Below, piece by piece: positions 1-13,740 of a stretch of DNA of 64,000 nucleotides; position 1 is the stretch's first letter; the number at the start of each line of letters is the position of its first letter. The DNA lies in NCBI RefSeq assembly GCF_964355755.1, contig NC_092675.1, forward strand, positions 23,470,912 to 23,534,911, in the 5' to 3' direction. The notes beneath the pieces were generated by a model. The model searched no databases and was not told where the DNA came from. It was given only the letters and a program-made list of their open reading frames with translations. This DNA is from Antedon mediterranea (taxonomy: Eukaryota > Animalia > Echinodermata). Position numbers and translations under genes: made by a program.

Positions 1-3000
1 AATGATAACTAAACTCCTCTTGAAACAATAATGGTCCGGCGAAAATAGCAACTACAACATGTGTTCCAATCTTGATCAACCTTTCAACTGACATTACTCT
101 CCAATTACCCTACAAATATACACTTTACTTCAGAAGCAAAACCAATTGAAAATCCTGACTGAGCGAATTTATTGAATCGATAAATATGAACAATGGCCTC
201 TATTCTAATTAAATATAGTAGTGCTAAGTAGTGTTAATTACAAATCTGACCAGAACTCATTCAATCATTGACTTTTCACGTCATATTTGGAACATTAGGT
301 TCCCCAAAAATTATTTTCCTCGTCATTATCTTAGATTTCCATGAACACCAAGCTCTGATTGGTTATGCATTTTATGCTTTGAAGAAAGTAAAAACTGTTT
401 GAAGTGAAAAAAAAATGTACTTACCCAAGAGAGAAGTATTTTTATTTGTACAAGGAAAGAAACTGAACTGTAAATCATCAAACATATCAGTGAACCAAAC
501 TGCGCATCTGTAAACTAATGAAAATATAGACCCCAAATAGACATTTGTCATTGTAGATACTACTGTATATAAACGTATCAATTTGTTGTCAAGCTAAGAC
601 TAAGTTGATAGTGGTTTCGATACCGAAGTCTCATTTAGACTATTGCTTATTTCATGTTTTACTGTAAGATAAGATATATTACTGTACTACTGCATCAATA
701 TTCCATGTAAAATATGTTTAAAAGTACTTCTGCAGAAGCAATTTAAAACAAATTGAATTTGCTGATCTAAAATGTTGATGATATGGTTTGTTGCTTAAGT
801 ATTATGGCTCAACTAGGGTTCAGTAACTAACTAAGTAACTAAGTCATTTGTGCTTTAGAACTTTGCATTTTTCTAAAATAAAGAGGAAGAACTGAAAAAA
901 TACAAAAAAGGGACGTATCAATATGTTGAGATATTTTTAACAATATTCAAAACTATATTGTGTACTACTATAACTATCGTACAAGTAATTAAGTAAGTAC
1001 AAAAGTAAAGCTTTTTCTACACTATCAGTATGATATAATATACTAATTCATGAATAATGTACCTCATTGTTACCAATATGTGTGCATTCCTCAGTCCCAT
1101 TATTTCTTTTACAATCAAATTTGTTCATTTCAACCGATAGAATGAAGTACGTGTAAATGATAACGTACAGAATATAAAAGGTAAATTGAATGGTATGAGT
1201 AAAGATCCCATAGGTTTCCCTGAAAGTAAAAGCAATTGTTTAGTAAAGTTATAAACGCATATGACCAGACTGAATTAAATGACATTATCTGCATACAATA
1301 TCTACATTCTACACAATACATTTTACATGAGACAACACACATAATTAACTCCACCAGTGTTAAACTCAAATCGCGATAAGTATTATACAGTTAATATTTC
1401 GTTAGTTGAAGGTTTGAATTAAACACAATTTTAATCGTAGTTCCAACTCCGGCTAGTTCGAACTATTACTTTAAATTCGATTCATAAATGAAGTAGTCGC
1501 AGTTTGCAGTTTGACATAGTATCATATTGGCCAATGATAGGACAGTTTATAGAGAAGCAAATATTACTTTTAGTTTTGTAATATCCTTTTTACATTTAAT
1601 GGAAAGGTTAAATAGAACTTTCCGGGCAATTCAATGGAACATTGAATAGCACAAAATTATCAAATCAGATGCAAGGGCACAATCCGCTTACCAAGACTCC
1701 AGGTACAGAGGATTTATGAGATTCGATTTCATGTTTTTACTAATTATACGATATGTGTTGAATTGGTTTGGGATATTTTGAATTTGTTATACTGAAAACA
1801 TGAACAAATTTACAGTACTAATAATTCTCACCACTTCAAATTTAAATACTTCTCACAAACTTGATGACCAAGAAGTTCAGTTCTTGTGAACTTAATCATT
1901 GTCTATGAAAAAAGTATTATTAGTTAGGATTTGGATACATATACAAAAGTTATACGAAGCTAAAAATTATAAATAAATTATTTGAAGTTTTTAAGCACAA
2001 TACGAAAGAAAACTTGTAGACATGTTTTTTAATGTTGTTAGTATTTCTTAAATTTACCACCAGCGAATAATCACGTTTTGTGTCCGGAAATTGCATAATA
2101 CGTATAACACGTCATGTATACCGAAATGTTTTTTTATTAGCCGAATCGCAATCTAGAACCTAAATTAACTTAGGCCTCTAAGCATAATGATTCTGACTAA
2201 CTTACGTCAATCACTTCAAGAGGCTGTACAGCTATCTCATCTTTTTCACTTGCGTCTGGACATAAATAGCGGAAATCATACTTAATCTGAAAATAGAACA
2301 CATTTGTTGTAAACTCATGTAATGTATCTTACAATAAACAAATAAAGTATATTTTTTTATTAACTTAAGATAAAATAGATTCAGATAACGGTAAAGAAGG
2401 CATGATCTGTGCATTATCAATATCATTGTTTACAATATACAAGATACAAGAAACTTTAGGCCTATTTGTCTTCGTAAAAAAAAAAGAAATCGGTTGTCAG
2501 CAAATCCGATTAAAAGATACATATAAAAACGGACTAAAAATGACAAACATCTTTAGTGACAATCAATTCATAAAACAATAGATGTTTTGACCAAATCGTA
2601 ACAAATAGTAACAAATAGTATGTTACCCAATATTCCAGATTTTTAGGGTCAATATCTGCAGTTTCTTTACTTCTGTCTAGAACAATCTGAAAAAGAGTTT
2701 ACATAATATAACAAGATCAATCGCAGAATTTACCTTTTTTCAGAGATGTGTCAAAAGAATGAGTACAAGTACAATCGTGAAATGAAGTTAAGATTTAAAA
2801 TATGACCTTAGCTGCTGACGGCATGTCCATAATCAATCGAATCATCGGCAATCCTTTGGATTTGTTGTACATACTAAGACACTCGTGCCATCTTGGTGGT
2901 AAATAAAAAATATAAACTTGAAGGAAACATGATATAAGTAGAAAATAGACGAGTGAGCCAGGCTAAACGAACGGGTTTCGTCTAAACTAGAAAAAATCTG

Positions 3001-6000
3001 CAAGTTTTGAAGCCGTATCGTATACAGACAGATGAACCTTTTCGTAATTTATCAGAAAATATTTAATTTGTTATCTAATATACTGTAAGCCAAGAGTGTG
3101 TTCGTCATTTTGTTGGTGGTAATATTTACCGTGGAACTATCTCTCAAGGAATACATGTTTGTGTAGACTTGCGCATAATTTCTGTTTAAAATGTTTGATT
3201 ATACAAGTATATTAGCCTGGTGAATGAGCTAAGATATGACTATGAAATGTAGCTACGAAAGTAGTAGGTCCACTATAGTGATTTAATAAATAACTTGTAT
3301 ACCTGTCATGTATTGTGAGCGCTAGCGTTGAATTTCGGCTTCGGTTGTCAGTTACAACATCAAAAAAGTAATCCCCATCGAAGTTTACACGTAATGTGGC
3401 ACCCTCAGTCAGCAGGTAAGAGACCATGTGCGGTTGATTTTCAATAGCCGCCAAATGAAGAGCAGTGTTCTAAGGAGAAATAGAATAGAAAAATAAGAAT
3501 TGATTAGCTAATCATTTGCTAAACAAATCCATGATAATGACTCAGTGTTCGCAAACTAGCTTAAATCCATGCAAATTGTTCAATTTGTTCACGATAGCAG
3601 TAGTAAATTAACATATTATTATTAGAGACTTATGGACACTTACGCCATTTTTGTCTTGATCATTAAGCACATTCTTAGACCTCATTTTAAGTAGTACCCG
3701 CGCTACTTCTATGTGACCGCCTTTTGCAGCGGCGTGGAACGGGTTTTGTCCTAACATGTCCCTGTGGTAAAATATAACGTAAAGTTAATCAACGGTTATT
3801 TACCCAGTTAGCCAAAGATGACTAGGTAAAAAAAAACTGATCAACCACACCCAGCAATCATGAATTCGGTTATAGATAAAATAGCACATGGACTTTCGTC
3901 TAATTGCTCTATTAATATGTCTGCGAGGATTAATTAACAAAATGTTGCTGAACAATTATTTTTAATTTCATCAAAATCGGACGAAAGAGAAGTTCATTTT
4001 CATAATTTTAATAATAATGAATTGTTAATATTTGAATTATTATATTGTTACGTTAATCTATAGACTATTAAATAATGCATTTGAACATGTATATCTGTAC
4101 CGTGTGCAGTAATCTGCAGTGTAATATCAATATTGTTTTACATACATGATTAGACAGTGTTTTTATTTATTTATACTGTAGTTCTTTTCATTTCGGAACT
4201 CATTTTGAAAAGTACATGCATGCTATCTTAACGTAAAATGCGCCGTTGTCGAGAGACATGGAACGTTTGACCTTAGACTCATTCATATCCATGGCTCTTT
4301 TGATTCAGTAAGCCAACTAATTAAACTAATAACTATACAATTAGCAAAAATTAGGTAATACAAGAGCAGAATACGATAGCAAGTTATTGCAAAAAGAAAT
4401 ATCAATCATACGAAGCCCATAATCACAGCTATATATCATTCTAACATTGCAGAGTTTGATACGTCACGTTCGATTTCAACCATTTAAAAAAAATGAATGT
4501 TAATATCTTGGAGTGAGAGAGATATATAGAGAAGAAAAAATAGAGAATGAAGAATAGAGAATAAGAAAATACATATCTAAAGAAAAACTGAGAATAAAAT
4601 CAGAAGATACTAAGTTTGTGTATAATCTAAAAAGATTAACAACAAGGATACGCAGCGAACTAAACAAGTAACACACCAACCCGACCACCAGCATTCATCG
4701 ATCGATCGCAATCGATCAATCAATACTCAACAATATCTACCCTCGTGTAATTGCTCCTGATCTCAATAGGATCTTGACAACTTCCACATGTCCATTTGCT
4801 GCTGCTTGGTGAACAGCTCTTTTATTATCCGCACCAATTTGATTAATGCTTAATGATGATGGGTAGTTCATTAAGACGTTTATGCAATCACAGCGACCAA
4901 TTCTATTTTAAAAAATGTATTGTACATCTGAGAAACATGGAAAACGAAACATTACGTATTTTGTCTGTAAGGTACACATTATCAGATTAGGTAGTAAATA
5001 AAATAACCTCATACTGCATTAATTTGTATTTACAAATGTATACTTTTCTTTAGGCAATATTCAAATAGTCAAATAAGCCTACGAAATTATCACGTCTCAC
5101 TCAATGTCTAAGTCTAATTATGGATAGGCGAAACGTTACAAAACAGACAAAACTATAGATAGGCCTACAGGTTTATCAATTGAAATATTAAAGCATTTAA
5201 AATTCTCCAAGGTCTGTTTATTAAATGGCTATGCAATGATTATTTAAAATGATAATATTATTAGTAGAGTTTATTAATACTAATATTTAATTTATGTTAA
5301 TGTTGTTGTTCGTGGTTGTCTATGGTGGATAAGCAATTTTGGGTGAGTTTTTTCAGTTTTGAAAAAAACAAATTTATGAAATAATTGGCTGCTATATTTG
5401 GTATAGCTGCCATCATCTTATTGATAACAAATAATTGTGTAATTGAAAGCGTTCAGAAGAATATCAATTTTAAGATATGATCTGAGTTAGTTATGATAGA
5501 TTTCTGATCGGCCTTCGCTCTCGACGAGAAGAGAGCATTTGTTATTGTCATTTCTGGCTTCTGATTTATTTCTTAAGATGCCCCCTCCATGTCACCAACG
5601 TGACATAGGCCTGCGATCCCACTTCTTACTTGAAACTCTTTTTGGCAAACCTGAGATAGTTAAAAATTGGTTGTTACTGTTTACAATAATCATAGTTGAT
5701 TTTCTAGGTTTTGCTGGGAGAAAACGGTTTAAGCTTTTGGCTGCTTGTTTGTCATTTGTATTTGAATAAAATATACATGAATAATAGTACGTTCGTGTGT
5801 AGAATAACTTACGCCGCTGCGATGTGGAACGGAGTCTGACATTGATTGTTACGTAACCGTTGTGACGCACCAAAATCAAGAATTTGTTGAACGTGAATAA
5901 TATCTCCGTATAGTACAGCAACGTGTAAAGGTGAGTTGCCTTCAATGTCCTGTCTATTAACTAGCTTGAGAAGGTCCTCTTTATATTTCTATTGAATTTA

Positions 6001-9000
6001 GAAAAAAGAGATTTGTTATGAAACGCTAATATTGGTTTCATTTGGTTCATCGCATTTAATATTCGATACGGGTCTCTTATAATTACTATTCATCATTCAG
6101 CCCAATTCCTTTTATCATTCAGCCCAATTTCTGTCATCAGTCAGCCGACTTCCTTTCATCAGACAGCTCAGTTTTTTTATTTTTCTATAATTCAACCAAA
6201 TTCCTCTCATCTTCCAACCCATTTTACCAGTATTTCAGAAATATAACTGATTCGTATTTTCTTTTTTAAAAGAAGTTTTTTTTTCGGTAATATTTAAATT
6301 TGAATATGAACACACGGTCCTATTGTTACCCACTGATTTTACCCTAAATTTATTAATTTTAGGCTTCAGCCAAACAATTCTTCTTTTATGTATGTATTCA
6401 AACCTCAATTTTGTTGTTAAAATTACATTTTACTGGGTCTACCTACCTCACAAAGGAATTTTGGTATTGAAAAGATTGCTGATGTTTTATACACGAATAG
6501 ATGCATTATATTACGGCCATTAACGTCAGTATCCGCAAGATTGGCCTTATGTTCCATCAGTAACCAGGATGTTTGCCAACAACTCATCAAAGATGCTATC
6601 AATAACGGTGTAAATCCGTCGTTGTCCTTTTCATCCAATTTACAGCCCTACATTAAACATTAAATATACAAGACAAATAATAACTTACGCAGACAGTAAA
6701 TGATAAGAAATCGAACTGGCAAGATAATTACATAATCTGCAGATGTATACACGCCATGGGCTAGTGGGTCTGATCCCAATTAATAATTGCTCCGCCGTTG
6801 AAATGAATTTTCAAACATAATATTGATAATAAATGTTTCAACGTGTCTTACCTTTCATCCAATTTAAATTAAATACTAATAACTAAATGTTATTCTCTTC
6901 GATATGCACTTTCAAACAGACATACTATACTCATGGAGGTATAACATTAGATACTTTCATGCTATACAACTCCAATTATTTTATTGTTTTGTCGCAGTTT
7001 AAGCGATAAATATGACGAAAACAATTTGTTAAAGAACAATAATAAGAGAAAAACAAAAAAGATATAAAGAAAAACGAAGAATAGAGAGAGAAAAAAAGAG
7101 ACGAAAATTTAAAATAAGTAGGAAAAGAAAGAAACGGAATTAAAGTTAAAGAAAAAAAGAAAACAATAGAATAAAAAGAAAAAAGGAAACGAAAGAAGAA
7201 TAAGAAACAAGAAGAAAGGGAATAGAATTATAGAATTATAACATTGTTTATGCAAATGTTTATGCAAATTGTTTATGCAAATGTTTATGCAAATTGTTTG
7301 TGCAAATTGTTTAGCAAATGTACAAATCAATTTTTAGTAATAAGGAGGATCCTCGTATAATCGTGGACCTTTTATCAATTTAAAATGACTATATTAGTTG
7401 TTTACTTGAAATGAAAAAAATTAATTATTACGTTTTGAATCAGGAGCCTTGCAACGTCAACATGGTTATATTTAGATGCTAGATGAAGAGCCGTTTGGCC
7501 ACCAATGTCTTTGAAGTCAATAACCTTACTTGCATTACCATTATTTAAAAGCACTTCTGTGATACTTGTGCAGCCTTGAGAACACGACATATGCAGAGCA
7601 GTACACCCTGTATTCTGTAGAAACATAAAGTAACTGGTGATTTGAACTCAGTTGGCAATATTTATGTTCTGCAGGTATGTGTGAAGGAATGGAATTATGA
7701 ACCTTCTTTTTCTCCAAACGTCAATAGAAATCTGAAATACGGTTATTTGTATTTAAAGCCCAGGTACAAGCATGAAATTTAAACATAATATCTGGTTAAT
7801 TGTACATAAATCAAATATTTGTAACAGAAATCAAGATGAAAAAACATGAATTTCCCTTAATATGGTCAAATACAAAATTTGGCAAAATTCTGCCATAAAA
7901 ACCAGGAAGACTTTTTTTCAGTAGTTAGGTAGTTTAACCTAATGTAATAACATGTCTGGTGACTCCCAAAAGGTGAAAAAAGATGGTGGATATATGGTGG
8001 ATAATTTTTGCTATAGCATAAAAATAAAAATCTGAAGTTGGATAAAAACACTAGAAATGTAAAAGTCTAGTTATATTACCTATATTTAGTCATCTAATAA
8101 CATTTTTTACCACACCGTTTATTTTTCATAGCTTTTTAAAATGCCTCTCTATTTACAAAAGTGTAATTTAAACTATCCTCCCACTGATAAGAAAGTGCTT
8201 ATTTTCAACAAGTTCGTGTAAAACAAATAAAATCCCAAACATTATGAAACATAGGGGAAACTATAGATCGATAATTATTGGAAGGTATGATCAATAGATA
8301 TTTTTTGCCCGCACCTGGCCTTTAAGATCAGCTTTGGGTATATATCTACCTAACTATTAGGAATAATAATTATTAATGTTATGTGGGTCTGCGCTTACTG
8401 ATAACAATACTCGTTTCGAGAGGGGTTAATGAGTCTTGTCGCTATTCTATATTCTGGAAAAACAATTTCTCCATTTTGGACAAGATTTACCACACCCATT
8501 TAATTTCTGAACACACTTTAAGGAAAATTGAATTTAACTTTCACTTGGCGATTGTTGATTGATTGACATATCTGTAAGACTTCTTAAATATACTCCTTTC
8601 CATACCTCAGTCAGCTCCACTGAACAACCAAATAGCAAACAACATTCAACCACTTCCTTTGATCCACCACTTACAGCTGAATGGAGAGGTGTAAATCCGT
8701 CATCGTCTCGCAACCGCATTAATTCACTTTCTGTCGAATCACCTAGACTGACGGCTAGATTGAAAATAATACAGATGATCATTAGTCGCGTGCAAACGCA
8801 ACTCTACAGAGCTCACTATGTCGGTCGGTCGGTCGGTCGGTAAACACTAACTCAAATTTGCGCACGCGACTGCAGCCATGTACATGGCCTTGTTTAGTAT
8901 ACAGTCACTATTCTATTAGAATTTAACATGTTTAGAATCTGATGATTGTTACTGTCACTGAGCAATTAAATAATACATTTTCGTCAATGATGAGTGAAGA

Positions 9001-10204
9001 TTGTTTAAAGTTCGATACAGCTTTTGTTGAAATTTCTTTGATTTTAATGTTGGTCTGAAATACCGAACAGCGAAAAATATATATACAATGTCTTTATAAT
9101 TAACTGATTGATATTGTACCGAATACGGTCTTGGTACATTTGAGAGTATACAGTACGTGTGAAAACAGTTTGCCGCGCCTTTAGGCAGTTATATTCAAGA
9201 GAACGGAAGCATTAGGAATTAAGTTATCGTAATTCTTCTAATTGTAACCCTGGATTATTGTTCTTTGATTGTTTTTTAGGGTGGGGTAACTATTAGAAGT
9301 GAAGTAACTATTAGAAGTGGGGTTACTATTAGAGTAGTGGGTTACACTTACACTTACACTTAATGTTTGATGGAAATAGTTTAGGCTAGTGCCTATTAGA
9401 TTCCATTTCTATTACTAATCTTAAATTAGGCACCTGGAAATAGTAACCCACCCCCAACTTTTCCGGTCAGCAACTCATAGCAAAATAATAAAACAGTACG
9501 AATAAACAAATTTGGTTGAACTCTAACTTTATTTTATAAACGCAAAAACACTCAATCTCCCCCAACTCCCGAGATCAACATGCATTATCTCCTTATTTTT
9601 AAAATATGGCTGCATCATAAACGACCAATCATTTTGTCAATAGTTTTTGTGACTCTAATAGTAACACCCATGGGTTACTATTAGAGTAGTGGGTTATTAT
9701 TATAGATTGACATGGGTTACTATTAGAAGGGGGTTTACTACTGTATTAGAGTGTGGGTTACTATTAGAAGATTTACGGTACCATGCGGTATAATTAAATA
9801 GAGCATTTCAGACTATATTTACGTTAAATATTTACTACTGATTGTTAAACAAAAAAAATAATTGATAACCCAATCATTATTTCTTAAATTAATAAATAAA
9901 ATATCAATACAAAGCATAATTTAATAAAGAAAGAACAATAATTAAATAATCAAAAAGTCGAACGGCTTGTTTAATCTTGTTTAATTCTAAAATGGGTCGT
10001 GAGGTACCACAGATTTTCAATATAATGTGTCGGAAAAGTGTGGTCTGCAAATAAAACAATATATAAGTAACGGCGTGTTTTCCTACCTTTTTCTACGAGA
10101 TACTTGAAAGTTGAGACACACGAATGAGAAGCGGCATAGTGAAGTGGATAGTTGGTGTTGTCTGTTGTACTACTTGCGGGGTTATCCACAAACTGCCCTG
10201 TAAT
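1..10204 (-). CDS. TRPA1: TRPA1-like ankyrin-repeat TRP cation channel; spliced, runs off the window start, true start codon not located
   Basis: 15 GT-AG exons join in consistent phase: 10087-10204, 8606-8754, 7432-7614, 6447-6647, 5813-5988, 4741-4902, 3644-3761, 3303-3469, 2807-2891, 2627-2686, 2206-2286, 1832-1902, 1074-1219, 425-507, 1-109. They encode ~11 ankyrin repeats (YPLHYAASH, TPLHSAVSGG, TALHMSCSQG, TALHLASKYN, SPLHVAVLYG, TALHLAAIEN etc.), the TRPA1-type linker (RWHECL...IVLDRS...IKYDFRYLCP...RTELLGHQVCEKYLNLKW) and S1-S3-like hydrophobic segments. Confidence 0.9.
6090..6230. repeat. Degenerate ~21-23 bp tandem repeat (ttcagcccaattcctttatca-like)
   Basis: Several imperfect copies of tcagcccaattc/tcagccgacttc in a TRPA1 intron. 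Confidence 0.55.
7243..7330. repeat. 12-13 bp tandem repeat (tgtttatgcaaa[t])n
   Basis: About 6 adjacent copies are directly visible. Confidence 0.8.
8781..8895 (+). mobile_element. Short Helentron/DINE-1-like non-autonomous element, copy 1
   Basis: Subterminal inverted repeat agtcgcgtgc...gcacgcgact, internal (gtcg)n microsatellite, 3' palindrome gccatgtacatggc ending in cttgttt. Near-identical copy at 42170-42275. Confidence 0.7.
9283..9780. mobile_element. Tc1/mariner-type MITE remnant with ~18-20 bp subterminal repeats
   Basis: Many copies of gggttactattagaag/agag in both orientations; right end atttacggta (CCGTA-type terminus plus TA). Left terminus not found. Confidence 0.55.
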
Positions 10205-12169
10205 CTGTTATAAGACATTGTGATAATCATTAACGGTTTACCAACTTAATACTTTAATGGTAATTATATTTTTTAAGTGATGTAAGCCACCATGATTCCA
10301 TATTTCGTACTTAAAATGTACTCGCTAGCTTGAAATGTAGTTTGGTCATTTGATTCTAGGCCTACTCTATCCCTACATATAATATTATGTTCATTATAAG
10401 GACAATTCTGAATACAGTTTCACATTTATTTCATGGCGATTGTATCGTGTTAAGGTTAATGTTGGATTATACTTATTGCCTATGATACACCAGGGAAAAG
10501 TATAAACTATTCCCTGGAGTACACACATTTTAATATATTTTATAATACTGAAAATCGGCTATTTTGGTAATGTAAAATGTTTATAGAAAGCAAGTGAATA
10601 CTCGTATTAACAAATGTAAAACACAATCGATACAGACATTCATTTTAACAAAGAGATCTATGACTGGTGATTATTCTTTATGACTTTTTTTAGTTTATGT
10701 TCAGCTCGTGTCCAATATTAAATTGATGTTTTTTTTATCTTATTCTTTCCATCAAATTGTTGTTGTTCTTTGATCATAGCATGCATTTACTTATTAATCT
10801 AAAATCAATTTACATCACATTAAAAAAATGAAATTTAATACGTGCATACATTTTTGGTGCACATTCTTTAATTAAATTGAATTTAACTCATTTAAATTCA
10901 ACATTACAAACATCCATACATTAACAAAAATAAAACATTTATTTATTGTTGATGATTTTACTCAATTAAACCTACACTTTTTTCTGCCTTGTTATCTAAA
11001 GATATATAATCCACTACGCCAACTTGTGTACGCTTTCTTTTCAAAATAATAATAACTAAACATTACTTTTCCTGTCACAGAAAACAATTTCGACAAACCG
11101 TTTCAGATTTTCAACACTGTATATGGCATGCAATTTATTTAATCAAAACTTTAAAAGATAGTAACTTGTATTCATTTATTTAAATATTTATCACTTTGTA
11201 TTATTTACTGATCTACTATGGTACAAAACATATCTAAAAATTTTGACAATAGTAGACTTGTATATTGTATCTTGTATCTGAATTTACCATTCTAATAAAA
11301 ACAAGAAACTTGATAGAAGGTAACCAGAGCAAATGCTGTACCAATTTGCACATCGATAGCAAATTATATATGATTGAGAAAATATAAACAAGCATATGTT
11401 CAATCATGTTTATATTATGAAATACAGTTATGAATGAAAATAATGCACAATAATTAGTGTGATAAGAATGGCCTCAAACACAATTTTCACAACATAAGAC
11501 ACATCATTACTATGGTGCTTTTGACATGTTTGTGATTTATGGTTATATTTCATAATCATTTCTTTGTACTCTAACTAGTAATTCATTCTTTCAAGTAATA
11601 AATTCGTAAATATCAATTACAAATAACTGTATTGTTTGACATGCACTTTTGTCGGTAAGCTCACTAATTTATAAACGCGAAGAAGTCCTATATACATAAG
11701 TGATTGGTTTTTCCATAAAACGTGTTGTTTCGCAATACAAATTATTACAATTCTGTCTAAAGAGAATCAATACTACTATGCATAAAAAATACTGTTCAAT
11801 ATCAAACGTAAACATAAAACATATTTAAATCGATAAGTATCGATTGTAAATGCAAATGATCTCATGAAATTATTACAAACTAAGATTTTGAAACGCAAAC
11901 ACATTTAAAAAAAAAATCTAAATGATGTAATGTTAAAATAAATACCAACTTTGATTGTATTTTTTTTCTATAAATGTACTAATGGGTCATTTAGGTCTTT
12001 TCTCCTTTCTTTATTTGGACTTTTTGTTGAACCTAAGGGATGTCGTCACAAGCATCTTCTTATCGTTTTCACATTGCCTTTTCTAAACTAAATAAATTTA
12101 CATGTATATTACCGAGATTAATTAATTCATATATTACCTTTACTCTTGATTTTCTTTAATTTTTTATCT

Positions 12170-13740
12170 TTATTTTTTAGCAAAAATTAAGAAATGTTTT
12201 TTAATTGGTTTTTGTGAACTTTGTCGATGTTCTTTTGTCTCGTGTTTTTCTAGTCTGTAAATGGCGGGATCCCCTCTGTTGATTGTGAATTGAAAAAAAC
12301 AAACGAACAAAACCAGGCGTTTGTTATTATATAAAGAATTATTGAGTTGGATAATGTTAAGTTGAATCGCAGACACCTTTCTTCTAATGCTATCCAAAGC
12401 TATATCTTAGAAACCAAAACAGTAGTATATTAATATTCATTTAACCATTTTGATAATTTTGAACAAACTTGGTTTGTGTGTATCTGGTGTACCACACCTA
12501 TGGATATCCCTATATCGTTTGGTGACCAACCGTACAATAGATTGTTGATTTCTGCGCAATGAGACGATTGGTCATATTACATAGACACCTAGAAGGAAGA
12601 GTGGACAAAATGTTCCGGGTTTGGAGTAAATCCAGTAAAGAATGCATAGCACCTTTACCCCTAATAATGAGTGGGAAGCTATGATTCAACTCTTCGATCC
12701 AAACGTTGAATCACGACTTCCTTCTCATTATGTGGAGAGTTCTATACTATAACAAAAATCAGTGCAAATGACGTATCCCTATGTGATAGATATAATGTTT
12801 TACCTTACATATGTCGTATTTTATAACAGTGAGTAAGATTTTTTTTCACTACTAAACTGTTTTCATATTAATTAAAAGGTTAATATTTTTTTTAACCGAT
12901 TTTCAGCAAAAAAGCCAGCTCGAATAATACCTGTTTAGTATACAAATAATGCCAACTCCTTTCTCTCTAAAACGGATATTTCTTCGTGCATATTATACTG
13001 AGTAATGTTTCTCTGTATGACTAATTTGATGAGTTGCCTACCTGTTGATGGGCGAAGTCAATCCCATCTTCATATAACACCACCTCTGACATTTTAACGT
13101 TTGCTTACGGCTAGCTTTCCAACTGCTCTGCTCACACAGACCTACATTTGAAATAAAGATACGTATATTTATTGTATTTTCAATAAAACAAATTTAACTA
13201 GAATTTACATTGCTCTTGAAAATATTTAGTTTGGGTTACCTCTGTGTTGGGAGTACTTATGCGGGTGCAAAATCTTGGATTATCGTGCCAATGCCGTTTT
13301 CAATTTCTGAACAAGTTTAATAGTTATTAATAATACACCATTTCAAGACCTACAATTATGATTATTATCAATTTGGTTTTAGTTCCCGATACGGATATTA
13401 CATCCGAGACTACAAAGAGAGCCTGTACATTGATAAACAGTAAATGTACTTTAAAATACTAAATATATATATATATATAGCAATGATTCTATTGTATACC
13501 AATAACTTAATGTCGAAATGCAATGCATACTTTGAACACGGCTTTTAGATGTAATACTCTATAAACATTGTCCATGTAAACTTTCCGTAAATAAACGCTA
13601 CCCCAAAAGCGTTTACATCTAGTGTGTCTAATTTCGAGAGCATATTTAAACTACGATAAAAAAAACGAAATCCTAGTACTGTACCTGAATTTCATAATCT
13701 TTTCAGTCGGTCACAATCACGGCAGCGTTTTTGTATAAAT
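12170..13740 (-). other. Unidentified spliced unit: decayed small gene, or multi-exon 5' leader of TRPA1
   Basis: Exon-like blocks with splice signals: donor at ~13685, donor at ~13241, exon 13042-13142 (ATG at 13092, MSEVVLYEDGIDFAHQQ|GTAGG), 12589-12746 and 12170-12275. No long uninterrupted ORF. Confidence 0.35.

Noticed and set aside
1062-1073. Apparent frameshift between TRPA1 S1 and S2 exons
   Set aside because: Using the donor at 1074 (ATTG|GTAACA) rather than 1062 restores the phase, so there is no evidence of pseudogenisation.
5592-5945. 117-aa ORF as an independent gene
   Set aside because: It overlaps the TRPA1 exon 5813-5988 in a different frame and runs into the intron; no recognisable domain.
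7020-7230. Hydrophobic ORF 7109-7330
   Set aside because: Translation of a purine-rich low-complexity intronic tract.
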